Origin: an uncultured bacterium
Lineage (GTDB): Bacteria; Patescibacteriota; Minisyncoccia; Phycocordibacterales; GWA1-40-21
Direction of reading: 5' to 3'
Assembly: GCA_963798465.1 (NCBI GenBank)
Contig: CAWCTC010000001.1
Location: 390,970-454,969, forward strand
Length of the DNA stretch: 64,000 nt
Both the position numbers and the translations under genes were made by a program. This document shows, piece after piece, positions 39,562-50,302 of this stretch; position 1 is the stretch's first letter; every line of letters begins with the position of its first letter. The notes under the pieces were generated by a model. The model was not told where the DNA came from. It was given only the letters and a program-made list of their open reading frames with translations, and ran no database searches.

Positions 39562-41274
39562 ATGGCTAGAAAATTCAGAGACTTTTTTAAAAGCAATCCA
39601 TATGAAAAGAGGATTAAAGACATTGATCCTGATGAAATATTTCTTGATTCCCAAAATCTGCCCAAGTTTGATGTAAATCAGTTTGAAGGCAGGCTGGAAA
39701 AACCTATTCCTCAGAGCACTTTTGCAATATTTGGCATAGCTTGTTTTTTGATTTTTATAGTTTTCTTTTTTCGTTCATTCGATCTGCAAATTGTTAATGG
39801 AAAAATTTATTTTCAGAGAAGCCAGAATAATATGCTGGATGATACTGTGCTTTTTGCAAACAGGGGAATTATTTCTGATAGGAATGGAACTCCGCTCGCA
39901 TGGAATGTTACAAGTTCTAGCACGGATGATCAAGCTTTTTCATTGAGAAAATATATTGATTTGCCGGGCTTGGCACATGTTCTAGGTTATGTTAAATACC
40001 CTTCAAAGGATAGCTCAGGATTTTATTACACTGAAGACTTTACTGGAAAAGCTGGAGTTGAAAAATATTATAACGATACTCTTTCCGGTACGAATGGAAT
40101 GAAAATTGTCGAAGTCGATGCTGCTGGAAAATTGCAATCTGAAAGTGTTGCAGAACCTCCGGTTGATGGACAAAATTTGACCTTGTCGATAGATTCTAAA
40201 TTGCAGAATGAAATGTACAATACGATTTCATCTTTGGCACAGAGCGTAGGATTTACAGGAGGTGCCGGCGTGATCATGAATGTAAATACTGGCGAAGTTC
40301 TGGCTATGACAAGTTATCCCGAATATAATTCCCAAATTTTGACTGATGGCACAGATACTGCAGCCATAAATCAATATTTGACGAATAAAAATAATCCATT
40401 TTTAAACAGAATCACGGATGGTCTTTATACTCCCGGCTCGATTGTAAAACCATATATGTCCATGGCAGCTTTGACTGAAAATATAATCGATCCGAATAAA
40501 AAAATATTGAGCACAGGATCGATTTCAATTCCAAATCCCTATAATCCGTCAATTCCATCTGTCTTCAATGATTGGCGTCCTCAAGGATGGATAGATATGG
40601 AGCAAGCGATAGCAGTTTCTTCCGATGTTTATTTTTATGAAGTCGGAGGAGGATATCAGGATCAGAAAGGTTTGGGAATAAATCTTATAAAAAAATATAT
40701 GAATATGTTCGGCTTGGGAGAAGATTTGCCGAACGGATTTTTCAGCGGAGAAACTGGAACTGTTCCTGATCCAGCGTGGAAAGCTGTAAACTTCAACGGA
40801 CAAGCATGGAACATCGGAGATACATATCACACTTCAATCGGACAATATGGTTTTCAAGTCACGCCGATACAAATGGTAAGAGCTGTCGCCAGCATTGCCA
40901 ATAATGGTAAACTCATGGATCCTTCAATTTTGTCGGGAGGAAATCCAAATGATTTTATACAGTTGAATTTAAGTCCGTCCAATTTCCAGATAGTCAGAGA
41001 TGGAATGCATCTTGGAACTCAGACTGGCGGAGTCGCAGTCGGATTGGATGTTAATTATCTTTCACTCGCTGCAAAAACAGGAACTGCCGAGCTTGGTACG
41101 CAAAAAAAATTCGTCAATTCTTGGGTTACCGGATTTTTCCCATATAACAATCCCCAGTATGCCTTTGTTGTGATAATGGAGAAAGGACCAGAAAGCAATA
41201 CTCTCGGCGGAGTTTATGTAATGCGACAAGTTTTGGATTGGATGCATGTGAATGAACCGCAGTATCTGCAATAA
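39562..41274 (+). CDS. mrdA: Penicillin-binding protein 2 (peptidoglycan D,D-transpeptidase)
   Basis: SIVKP (SxxK), SSD, KTGTA motifs; N-terminal TM + dimerisation domain. Confidence 0.8.
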   Translation: MARKFRDFFKSNPYEKRIKDIDPDEIFLDSQNLPKFDVNQFEGRLEKPIPQSTFAIFGIACFLIFIVFFFRSFDLQIVNGKIYFQRSQNNMLDDTVLFANRGIISDRNGTPLAWNVTSSSTDDQAFSLRKYIDLPGLAHVLGYVKYPSKDSSGFYYTEDFTGKAGVEKYYNDTLSGTNGMKIVEVDAAGKLQSESVAEPPVDGQNLTLSIDSKLQNEMYNTISSLAQSVGFTGGAGVIMNVNTGEVLAMTSYPEYNSQILTDGTDTAAINQYLTNKNNPFLNRITDGLYTPGSIVKPYMSMAALTENIIDPNKKILSTGSISIPNPYNPSIPSVFNDWRPQGWIDMEQAIAVSSDVYFYEVGGGYQDQKGLGINLIKKYMNMFGLGEDLPNGFFSGETGTVPDPAWKAVNFNGQAWNIGDTYHTSIGQYGFQVTPIQMVRAVASIANNGKLMDPSILSGGNPNDFIQLNLSPSNFQIVRDGMHLGTQTGGVAVGLDVNYLSLAAKTGTAELGTQKKFVNSWVTGFFPYNNPQYAFVVIMEKGPESNTLGGVYVMRQVLDWMHVNEPQYLQ

Positions 41275-41412
41275 AATTAGTTATATTAAATAAGACCTAT
41301 TTTGACTTTGGAGCAAAAAATTGCTAAAATACTGGCAAGTTTTATTAATTAAATTTCGAATATCGTTGCACCTAAATATGATGTCTGTGTAGCGTAATTT
41401 CGCAAAACCAAT

Positions 41413-41880
41413 ATGGAAGAAAAAAGAGAATATCTCACAAAACAGAAATACGATGAATTGGTAGCTGAACTTAAAGAATTGAAAAATGTCAAAAGAAAAG
41501 AAGTTGCCGAAGCACTCGATTATGCGAGAGGTCTTGGAGATTTGTCAGAAAATGCCGAATACCATGAAGCGAGATCACAGCAAGCTGATATTGAAGAAAG
41601 AATAATAAAGATTGAAAATGTGCTTACGAATACAACTGTTGTCGAGGATAAGCATGGAGATCATGTTGTCATAGGTAGCACTGTTGTCGTGGAAAAACCT
41701 GATGGTTCAAAAAAGATGACGCTAAAAATAGTCGGTTCAACAGAGTCAGATATTTCATTGGGTAAAATTTCAAACAGATCTCCAATCGGCGCAGCTGTTT
41801 TGGGAAAAAAGAAAGGAGACAGTTTCTCTTTCATGAGTCCATCAGGAAAAATGGAATATAAAGTTGTAGATGTCAAATAA
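41413..41880 (+). CDS. greA: Transcription elongation factor GreA
   Basis: 155 aa; N-terminal coiled coil with conserved acidic tip (DLSENAEY), C-terminal FKBP-like domain. Confidence 0.9.
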   Translation: MEEKREYLTKQKYDELVAELKELKNVKRKEVAEALDYARGLGDLSENAEYHEARSQQADIEERIIKIENVLTNTTVVEDKHGDHVVIGSTVVVEKPDGSKKMTLKIVGSTESDISLGKISNRSPIGAAVLGKKKGDSFSFMSPSGKMEYKVVDVK

Positions 41881-41889
41881 ATAAAATAA

Positions 41890-43347
41890 ATGTCTTCTCT
41901 TGAAGAATTGGTAAATATAAGAATAGAAAAATTAAAACTGCTCGAAAAGGCGGGAATGAATCCGTATCCGTCGGTTTCAAAAAGGGAATATCCTTTGTCC
42001 GAAATTATTTCCGATTTCGAAAAAATATCAAAAAATAAATCGGTAATTCTTGCCGGAAGAATCATGGCGATAAGAGGACAAGGCGGTCTTGTGTTTTTTA
42101 ATATAAATGACGGCACGGCGACTTTTCAAGGACTTCTGAAAAAAGACGAGATGGACGAAAAAGTTTTTGACTTGTTTCAAAATGCGATCGACATCGGCGA
42201 TTTTGTAGAAATAAACGGAAAACTTTTCATCACAAAAAGAGGAGAAAAAACTCTTCAAGTTGAGAATTGGAAAATTCTTACAAAGAGCTTGAGACCATTG
42301 CCTGAAAAATGGCATGGTATACAGGATGAAGAAGAAAGATTAAGAAAAAGATATTTAGATATAATATTCAATCCCGAAGTAAAAGATACTATAGAAAACA
42401 GAGCGAAATTTTTCAGCTCGATGAGAAAATTTTTGGTAGAAAAAGGATTCATGGAAGTTGATACTCCTGTTTTGGAAAATACCGCAGGTGGCGCTGAAGC
42501 AAAGCCTTTTGTCACCCATTATAATGCTTACGACACGGATGTTTATCTGAGAATATCCCCGGAACTTTGGCTAAAGCGTCTCATGGTTGCGGGTTTTCCA
42601 AAGATTTATGAAATAGGCAGGATTTTCAGGAATGAAGGAGCCGATGCTGAGCATTTGCAGGATTATACGATGATGGAATTTTATTGGGCGTATGCAGATT
42701 ATCATGATGGCATGAAACTCGTGGAAGAAATGTATAAATATATCGCCCAAGAAACTTTTGGGACTCTGAAGTTTAAAATAAAAGATTTTGATGTCAATCT
42801 AGGAGGAAAATGGGAAACATACGATTATGTAAAAATCATAAAAGAAAAAACAGGTATAGACATTCTTTCAGCGGATGTAAAAGATATCGAAAAGAAACTT
42901 AAAGAATTGAAAGTGGAATATGACAGCAAAGGTTTTAATCTGAACAGAGGAATCGATTCTTTGTGGAAATTTTGCAGAAGACAGATTGGCGGTCCAGGTT
43001 TTCTCATTAATGTTCCGGTTATGATGGAGCCTTTGGCAAAAAGAATGGAAAATAATAAAAATCTCGTTGAAAGATTCCAGGTTATTCTTGCCGGTTCGGA
43101 AAATGGCAAAGGTTTCAGCGAGCTCAATGATCCGATGGACCAGATGAACAGATTCAAAGAACAGGCAAAGCTCAGGGAAGGCGGAGATGAAGAAGCACAA
43201 ATGATGGACGGAGATTTTGTTGAAGCGCTTGAATATGGAATGCCACCGACTTGCGGATTCGGACTTTCTGAAAGATTGTTCAGTTTTCTTGCCGACAAGC
43301 CGATAAGAGAATGTCAGATTTTCCCGTTTATGAGGCCGAAAGATTAA
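41890..43347 (+). CDS. lysS: Lysyl-tRNA synthetase, class II
   Basis: OB-fold anticodon-binding N-domain, class II motifs (FRNEG, GGxGxGxDR-like ...GLSERL). Confidence 0.9.
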   Translation: MSSLEELVNIRIEKLKLLEKAGMNPYPSVSKREYPLSEIISDFEKISKNKSVILAGRIMAIRGQGGLVFFNINDGTATFQGLLKKDEMDEKVFDLFQNAIDIGDFVEINGKLFITKRGEKTLQVENWKILTKSLRPLPEKWHGIQDEEERLRKRYLDIIFNPEVKDTIENRAKFFSSMRKFLVEKGFMEVDTPVLENTAGGAEAKPFVTHYNAYDTDVYLRISPELWLKRLMVAGFPKIYEIGRIFRNEGADAEHLQDYTMMEFYWAYADYHDGMKLVEEMYKYIAQETFGTLKFKIKDFDVNLGGKWETYDYVKIIKEKTGIDILSADVKDIEKKLKELKVEYDSKGFNLNRGIDSLWKFCRRQIGGPGFLINVPVMMEPLAKRMENNKNLVERFQVILAGSENGKGFSELNDPMDQMNRFKEQAKLREGGDEEAQMMDGDFVEALEYGMPPTCGFGLSERLFSFLADKPIRECQIFPFMRPKD

Positions 43348-43367
43348 ATTTTTTATAAAAAATATTA

Positions 43368-43418
43368 AAACTAAAAAAAGATTTTCACATTGTGAAAATC
43401 TTTTTTTAGTTTTTTTGA
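43368..43418 (+). terminator. Long AT-rich terminator hairpin (AACTAAAAAAAGATTTTCAC-attg-TGAAAATCTTTTTTTAGTT + TTTTTG)
   Basis: About 21-bp perfect stem. Confidence 0.75.
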
Positions 43419-43569
43419 GCGATTTTTCCTGAAAAATTACTCGAACTGTTGATAACTGGATTTTTAATTTTCATCTTTTTAAATAATTTTAAATTAACCT
43501 TATTTTAGGCTGTAAAAATAGGAATTTTTTTTGTATTTTTCTGTGATGAGAGTGAGTATTTTTGTTGCA

Positions 43570-43624
43570 TAGTGGGATAAAGTGCTATAAAATATACTAC
43601 ATGTGGGATGAAGTGGGATTTAAA
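43570..43624 (+). promoter_or_regulatory. Candidate MraZ operator: direct repeats GTGGGAT at 10-bp phasing (GTGGGATAAA GTGCTATAAA ... GTGGGATGAA GTGGGATTTA) upstream of mraZ
   Basis: Repeats read directly; MraZ proteins bind direct GTGGG/TGGGN repeats upstream of the dcw operon. Confidence 0.5.
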
Positions 43625-43752
43625 CTTTTTCTCAACAAAAAACTATTATGCTTATTGGAGAATATTCACCCGTAAAAATTTATTAAAATTTTCTCGGGCA
43701 AAGCACATTAGATATAGAGATTTGCGTAAAATAAATAATTTATTTAAAAAAC

Positions 43753-44187
43753 ATGCTAATAGGAGAATATATACATACGCTGGACGAAAAAAAGAGAGTT
43801 TCTCTTCCTATTAAATTTCGCAAAGAAGTCGGCAAAAAAATAATAGTTACTGCCGGACTTGATAATTGCCTTTGGATTTTTACGATTGCTCAGTGGAAAA
43901 AAATCTCTGAAAAACTTTCAAATTTCTCAATGCTTCAAGCGGATAACAGAAGCTTCAACAGATATATGTTTGGTTCTGCTACAGAAGTTGAAGTCGATAC
44001 AATCGGCAGGATTCTTCTTCCTGATTTTTTGGTTTCAAGAGCAGTTCTAAAAAACAAAGTCGCAGTCGTCGGAGTACAGGACAGGATAGAAATTTGGAAT
44101 GAAACATCTTGGAAGGAATACAAAGAAGTGGTTGAAAAGAAGGCCGATCAGTTAGCGGAAAAACTCGGACAAGCAGGCGCGCTTTAA
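43753..44187 (+). CDS. mraZ: Transcriptional regulator MraZ
   Basis: Two MraZ repeats (DEKKRVSLPIKFR and DTIGRILLP). Confidence 0.85.
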   Translation: MLIGEYIHTLDEKKRVSLPIKFRKEVGKKIIVTAGLDNCLWIFTIAQWKKISEKLSNFSMLQADNRSFNRYMFGSATEVEVDTIGRILLPDFLVSRAVLKNKVAVVGVQDRIEIWNETSWKEYKEVVEKKADQLAEKLGQAGAL

Positions 44188-44191
44188 TAAA

Positions 44192-45082
44192 ATGATACAC
44201 AAGACAGTTCTTTTAAATGAATCAATAGAAAAGCTGAATCTCAAAGATGGATCAATCTACTTTGACGGGACTTTGGGAGGTGCAGGACATTCTTCGAAAG
44301 TCTGTTCTGATTTTGGAGATAAAGTCAGAATCATCGCTACCGATAGGGATAATCTTGCAATAAGAAATGCCGAAGAAAAACTTTCAAAACTCGGATGCAA
44401 GGCAGATTTAATTCTTTCAGATTACAGAAATATCGATGCGGTTTTGAAAAATCTTGGGGTCGGAAAAGTTGACGCAATACTTCTTGACTTGGGACTTTCT
44501 TCAGATCAGCTTGATGCTTCGGGAAGAGGATTTAGTTTTAAAAATAATGAACCGCTTCTCATGACTTTTTCCGAAGATAATCAAAAAGTCGATGCACAAG
44601 TGATATTGAATAATTGGAGCGAAGAAACGATAGCGGATATTTTATACGGATACTCGGATGAAAGATATTCAAGAAGAATTGCAAAAGCTGTCGTTTCAGC
44701 GAGAAAAATCAAACCCATAATGACGACATTCGATTTGGTGGAAATTATCAGAAGTGCGGTGCCGGCAGTTTACCAAAGAGGAAAAACGCATTTCGCCACG
44801 AAAACTTTCCAAGCTTTAAGAATCGCGGTGAATGATGAAATTACGGCACTCAAAGATGGAATGAGAAAAGGCTGGGAATTGCTGAACATAGGCGGAAGGA
44901 TGGCAATAATTTCATTTCATAGTGTTGAAGACAGGGAAGTAAAATTTTTTTTCAAGAATAAATCTAAAAATGAAGAAGGAAAGCTTATAAATAAAAAACC
45001 GATAATTCCAACAGATGAAGAAGTCAGGGAAAATCCGAGGTCGAGAAGCGCAAAATTGAGAGTGATAGAAAAAATTAAATAA
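44192..45082 (+). CDS. rsmH: 16S rRNA (cytosine1402-N4)-methyltransferase RsmH (MraW)
   Basis: DGTLGGAGHS, LLDLGLSSDQLD, SFHSVEDREVK motifs. Confidence 0.9.
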   Translation: MIHKTVLLNESIEKLNLKDGSIYFDGTLGGAGHSSKVCSDFGDKVRIIATDRDNLAIRNAEEKLSKLGCKADLILSDYRNIDAVLKNLGVGKVDAILLDLGLSSDQLDASGRGFSFKNNEPLLMTFSEDNQKVDAQVILNNWSEETIADILYGYSDERYSRRIAKAVVSARKIKPIMTTFDLVEIIRSAVPAVYQRGKTHFATKTFQALRIAVNDEITALKDGMRKGWELLNIGGRMAIISFHSVEDREVKFFFKNKSKNEEGKLINKKPIIPTDEEVRENPRSRSAKLRVIEKIK

Positions 45083-45090
45083 AAAATAAA

Positions 45091-45429
45091 ATGGTCAGAC
45101 AAATAATAAAAAATCAAATAGAAAAAATCGAATACAGGGAAAAGAAAATCTTTTGGTCTCTCTTCTCTGTATTTGTATTTTTCATAATTTCATATGGTTT
45201 TTTGCTGAATGGCGCAATAATGAATGCAGTTTCAAAACAAAATATTGAAGATCAGATGACGTCGCTCGGCTCGGATGTCAATTCTTTGGAATCACAGTAT
45301 TTAGGAATGGAAAACGGAATATCAATGGATTTGGCTATGTCTCGAGGTTTTGTCCAAATTTCATCGGATAAATTTGCAACAATTGAACCTGCTCAGAAAG
45401 CCTTATCATTGTCTATAAATGAAAACTAA
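45091..45429 (+). CDS. ftsL: FtsL-like bitopic cell-division protein
   Basis: 112 aa, single TM, position between rsmH and the PBP gene. Confidence 0.5.
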   Translation: MVRQIIKNQIEKIEYREKKIFWSLFSVFVFFIISYGFLLNGAIMNAVSKQNIEDQMTSLGSDVNSLESQYLGMENGISMDLAMSRGFVQISSDKFATIEPAQKALSLSINEN

Positions 45430-47180
45430 TGCTTTTCAAAATAAAGTAAGGATATTTTTTTGTTTTATCGTTCTCTTTGCTTTTCTCATGGTTGTTCGGT
45501 TGTATTTTCTGCAGATAGTTTATGGAAAAAATTATACGGAGAAAGCTAACACTCAGTACACGAATATTTCGGTAGATACTTACGACAGAGGCAATATATT
45601 TTTTCAGGATAAAGATGGAAATCTGCTCACAGCTGCTGGCTTGAAAACCGGTTATATTTTGGCGATCAATCCGAAATTGATGGCAACCGATACTGATGAA
45701 TATTACAATAAGATTTCTGCAATCATAACTATTGACGAAAGTGATTTCTACTCCAAAGCTTCGAAAGTAAATCAATCATATGAAGTCATAGCGCAGCAAG
45801 TTTCTGAAGACGACATTAAAAAAATAGATGATCTCAATTTGACCGGGACTTATAATCAGTCAAGAAAATTGGAGATATTATCCCGGAAACAGTTTGGCTT
45901 CAAATGTTGTCGGTTTTGTTGGATATGATAATAGCGGAACGACTATTGAAGGAAGATATGGACTTGAAAAATATTATGATAGTAATTTGGTAAGGAATGA
46001 CAGCGACATGTATTTGAATTCTTTTGCCGAAATATTTTCGAATATAAAAAATAGTTTTGTAGATTCCACGGATAGGGAAGCTGACATCGTAACTTCAATT
46101 GATCCGGAAGTTCAGGATTATGTAGAAAAGGAAATTGCCGCAACAAATCAGAAATGGCATTCGCAAACTACAGGAGCAATCGTGATAGATCCGATGACTG
46201 GAGAAATATATGCTATGGCAACTTATCCGACATTTGATCCGAACAATTTGAAAGATGTTACAGATGTCAGCGTGTTTGCGAATCCAATGGTTTCAAATGC
46301 ATATGAAATGGGCTCGATTATAAAACCGCTCACTATGGCTGCAGGTCTTGATTCTGGCGCAATCACTGTATCAACAACTTATACTGATACGGCTTCAATC
46401 ACAGTTGATGGAAGCACAATTCATAATTATGATGACCGTGGACGCGGAGTAATTCCAATGCAACAGATTTTAAATCAATCTTTGAATGTCGGCGCATCGT
46501 TCATCGCAACAAAAATGGGCAAGCCAACAATGCTTAAATATTTTGAAGGGTATGGAATCGGTTCTGAAACCGGAATTGATTTGCCTAGCGAGGCCGCAGG
46601 AAATATCAGCAACTTATTGGATAATTTGAATAATAAAAAACAAGTTGAATATGATACGGCATCTTTTGGACAAGGAATTTCCATGACGCCGATTATTACT
46701 GCGTCTGCCTTGTGTGTTCTTGCAAATGGCGGAAAACTTATCATTCCGCATGTCGTGAAGGAAATAGATTATAAAGTCGGTCTTCCTCAAATAATTGATT
46801 ATACAAATGAAGCGAAGCAAGTTTTGAAACCGCAGACATCGGAAGAAATTACGCAGATGCTCATCAATGTTGTCGATCAAGCTCTTGCAAACGGTCAGAG
46901 AAAAATGGCACATTACAGCATCGCGGCAAAAACCGGAACGGCGCAAATAGCCCGCCCGGCAAATGAAGGTGGAGGTTATTATACAAATGTTTATCTCCAT
47001 TCATTTTTTGGATATTTTCCTGCTTACAATCCACGCTTCCTTATTTTTCTTTACACATATGAGCCGCAAGACGATACGAATCCTCAAGCGGACGAGTATG
47101 CATCGCAGACTCTCACGGATCCATTTTTTGACATTACGCATTTCCTTATAAACTATTATCAGATACCGCCGGACAGATAA
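45419..47180 (+). CDS. ftsI: Penicillin-binding protein (FtsI-like transpeptidase) with one frameshift near about 45860
   Basis: N-terminal TM + dimerisation domain in frame a; RYYPGNSLASNVVGFVGYD... continues in frame b; SIIKP (SxxK), SLN, KTGTAQ motifs. Confidence 0.8.
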
Positions 47181-47331
47181 ATAAATTGCCAATTTTTATA
47201 AGGAAAATATGCTAGAATAAAAAAACTTGTCCCGTTAAAAATTCAGTTAAGGTCAAAGGAAAATTACGTGCAATAGAAATAATAATAATCAAAAAAGTCG
47301 TAAAGTTTAATAAGTAAAATTTTGTACTGAG

Positions 47332-48630
47332 ATGAAATCAACATTCAAAAAAATTGTATCGCTAATAATCAGGTTTGAAGCAATTTTGATTATCAAAAAA
47401 TACAAGCCGAAAATAATTTCTGTTACTGGAAGCGTTGGCAAGACTTCGACGAAAGATGCGATTTTTGCCGTCATGTCGAGCACATTTTCTGTCAGAAAAA
47501 GCGAGAAGAGCTTCAACAGCGATATAGGAATTCCTTTGACTATTTTGGGATGTCCGAATGCATGGTTCAATCCCATAAAATGGCTTGGAAATATTTTACG
47601 AGGTTTGGAAATAATTATTTTCAATTCGAATTATCCGAAATGGCTTATTCTTGAAGTTGGAGCAGACAGGCCGGGAGATATAAAATCAGTTTCAAAATGG
47701 CTGAAGTCTGATATCGTGGTTCTCACTGCTTTTGCTAAAGTTCCCGTTCATATTGAATTTTTCAAAGACAGGGAAGCTGTGATAAGAGAAAAAAAATATC
47801 TTGTTGATGCACTGAAACGCGACGGAACACTTATTGTAAATGGCGATGATGAAGATTCTATGAAAATAAAAGAAGGCGCGAAAAACATTTCTTTTGTTTA
47901 TGGAACGGATAAAACTGCCGATTTGATTGCAAGCGAAGTCAAATTTTACTATGACAATGAAGGTGAAATAGAAGGCACAACTTTTAAAGCACAACATGAT
48001 GACAACATCGTTCCAATTTTTATAAAGAATTCATTGGGAGCAAAAAGCATTTATTCTTCCTTGGCTGCCATCGCTGTCGGATTGACTCAAAAAATAAATT
48101 TGGTCAAATCTGGAGAAGCATTGATGAATCTGGAAGCATCAAAAGGAAGGATGAGAATAATAAAAGGCATAAAAAATACTACAATCATCGATGACACTTA
48201 CAATTCATCTCCGATTGCTCTTTCTTCTGCTCTCCAAACTTTGAAAGAAATAAAACCAAAAAATAAAGGCAGAAAAATCGCTGTTCTTGGTGATATGATG
48301 GAACTCGGAAAACATTCTGTCGATGAACATTATAAGGCAGGGAAGCTTGTGGCTGAAGTCTGTAAGATTTTGATTACTGTTGGTATTCGTTCCAGAAAAA
48401 TGGCTGAAGGAGCTTTGGATGGGCTCATGGATGAAGGAAAGATATTTCAATTTGAAACTTCTAGCGAAGCAGGTTTATTTTTGCAGGATTTATTGAAAGA
48501 AAATGATATAATACTAGTGAAGGGTTCGCAGACTACGAGAATGGAAAAAGTTGTGGAAGAAGTCATGCTTGAACCCGAAAAGGCCGGAGATTTATTAGTA
48601 AGACAAGAAGAAGATTGGAAAAATAAATAA
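47332..48630 (+). CDS. murF: UDP-N-acetylmuramoyl-tripeptide--D-alanyl-D-alanine ligase
   Basis: ISVTGSVGKTSTKD P-loop, Mur ligase middle and C-terminal domains. Confidence 0.85.
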   Translation: MKSTFKKIVSLIIRFEAILIIKKYKPKIISVTGSVGKTSTKDAIFAVMSSTFSVRKSEKSFNSDIGIPLTILGCPNAWFNPIKWLGNILRGLEIIIFNSNYPKWLILEVGADRPGDIKSVSKWLKSDIVVLTAFAKVPVHIEFFKDREAVIREKKYLVDALKRDGTLIVNGDDEDSMKIKEGAKNISFVYGTDKTADLIASEVKFYYDNEGEIEGTTFKAQHDDNIVPIFIKNSLGAKSIYSSLAAIAVGLTQKINLVKSGEALMNLEASKGRMRIIKGIKNTTIIDDTYNSSPIALSSALQTLKEIKPKNKGRKIAVLGDMMELGKHSVDEHYKAGKLVAEVCKILITVGIRSRKMAEGALDGLMDEGKIFQFETSSEAGLFLQDLLKENDIILVKGSQTTRMEKVVEEVMLEPEKAGDLLVRQEEDWKNK

Positions 48631-48631
48631 A

Positions 48632-48940
48632 ATGACAATACCAGAAAATAAACAGGAAAGTAATAATGTAGAACAGAATCAGAAGGATTTTTTTGATATG
48701 ATTCCTACAAAAGAAAGGAATGCATTTCAATATGTTCTTTTGAAAAAGATGGGAGCAGAGAGAGGAAATCATGAATTACAATCGGAGTTATCAACAAATT
48801 TTAGCGCAGATATGCACCGAATTATTGATGATACTAGCAGGAAAGATAATAAACAAATAAGAGCTTTGATTATGGAAGGGAAAAATGAAGAAGCTGCGGA
48901 AATTGTCGATAAAATCCTAAAAAAAGAAATATACAATTAA
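48632..48940 (+). CDS. Hypothetical protein
   Basis: 102-aa ORF following murF. Confidence 0.4.
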   Translation: MTIPENKQESNNVEQNQKDFFDMIPTKERNAFQYVLLKKMGAERGNHELQSELSTNFSADMHRIIDDTSRKDNKQIRALIMEGKNEEAAEIVDKILKKEIYN

Positions 48941-48943
48941 AAA

Positions 48944-48980
48944 TAAAAGCCGGGTTTTAATTCCCGGCTTTTGTTTTTTG
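48944..48980. terminator. Terminator hairpin AAAGCCGGG-ttttaatt-CCCGGCTTT + T-run
   Basis: 9-bp stem flanked by A/T runs (bidirectional). Confidence 0.7.
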
Positions 48981-49196
48981 TTTTCTCGAGTTTCCGATTA
49001 TTCTGCGATAATCGAATTCTTCGTTTCTTTTTTTCCTTTCGTCGATTACAGGTTTTTTCTTTCTGAAATACATAATCAACACATATGCTATGTTAATTAT
49101 GATTAAGAACAGAAAAACCCATTTAAAAAAATTCCACATTTCTTTTGCATATTCCACGAACACAAAAATAAGTCCCATCAATTTGATGTCTCCCAT
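48957..49196 (-). CDS. Small membrane protein with a strong SD (GGAGGT)
   Basis: 79-aa ORF, central TM; minus-strand upstream CTCGAAGGAGGTAAAAA-ATG. Confidence 0.45.
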   Translation of the reverse strand: MGDIKLMGLIFVFVEYAKEMWNFFKWVFLFLIIINIAYVLIMYFRKKKPVIDERKKRNEEFDYRRIIGNSRKQKTKAGN

Positions 49197-49269
49197 TTTT
49201 TACCTCCTTCGAGATTTTTTTCTGATCAGATATTATAATGAAATTCAACTAAGGTCAAGTATTTAAAGT

Positions 49270-50295
49270 TCAAATAAACGGAGTCGAGTTTTTCCAGTCT
49301 AAGTCGAAAGTTTTGCTCAATGGGCCGATTATTTCTTGATTGCCGATTATTATGCCGAGCTCGCGATTATCATCCATTGAGCCTGTGGAAAAATTCTCGG
49401 AGCCGACGAATGCTTTCTTATCATCGACAAGAATTATTTTTGCATGGATATAAATTGAAGCATCGGATGAAAAAGTTCTGACATGAACTCCAGCTGATGA
49501 AAGTTTTTGAAAAGCAGTTTTCCAGTCGCTTGAATAAGTCATATCGACTTCGACATTCACTCCGCGCTTTGCAGCCGTTTCAAGCGCGCTGATAACGTCG
49601 GAGTCTGACATTTCTTCGTTGTAGATTTCAACTGAAGATTTTGCGTTATTGATAAGCGACAGAAGGGAAGTTTTTGAATTTGGGCTCCAAATTAAATCAT
49701 CTCCATTAAGAGTTGAAATTTTATTATTCTGCCAATCCGCATTAAAAGTTTTTTCAATCGCTGAAATATCATTTTGATCTTCATCATTAATTCCAAAATC
49801 TCTGTCGCTCGCATAATATTGCGGAGTGAAATTAAAAGTCATAATAAGTGCGTCATTTCCATCGATGACAATAGTTTTTTGATGAGTCAGAGCAAAATAC
49901 GACGGCGACCATCGGACAGGAATATTATTTGTTTGCAGATATGAATAAGCCGATTCATTCGCGGTTTCTTGTTCGCCATAATAACCCTTGTTCAAAATAA
50001 CACGGACGGAAACTCCTCGCTTTTCAGCTGATGCAAGAGCCTGTTCAATCTGCTTGTCTTCAAACTCATACATTACAAGATCGATGGATTTTTTTGCATT
50101 ATTAATCAATGAAATAATCGGTGTGATGCCGTCGTCCGGCTCGATAATCAAACTAGTCGAAGCAGTATTTTCGCTTTTTAAAGTTTGAGTATTTGAATTT
50201 TTTGAATTGGAATTTGTTTTATTTCCGACGGCAAAAATAATAGCCAAAATAATTATTATTCCCGCGGAGAAAATTATTTTATTAATTTTTTTCAC
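49270..50295 (-). CDS. Phospholipase D-family protein (two HKD motifs; cardiolipin-synthase/Nuc-like), N-terminal membrane anchor
   Basis: HQKTIVIDG and HAKIILVDD...GSENFS motifs. Confidence 0.75.
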   Translation of the reverse strand: MKKINKIIFSAGIIIILAIIFAVGNKTNSNSKNSNTQTLKSENTASTSLIIEPDDGITPIISLINNAKKSIDLVMYEFEDKQIEQALASAEKRGVSVRVILNKGYYGEQETANESAYSYLQTNNIPVRWSPSYFALTHQKTIVIDGNDALIMTFNFTPQYYASDRDFGINDEDQNDISAIEKTFNADWQNNKISTLNGDDLIWSPNSKTSLLSLINNAKSSVEIYNEEMSDSDVISALETAAKRGVNVEVDMTYSSDWKTAFQKLSSAGVHVRTFSSDASIYIHAKIILVDDKKAFVGSENFSTGSMDDNRELGIIIGNQEIIGPLSKTFDLDWKNSTPFI

Positions 50296-50302
50296 AAATT
50301 GA

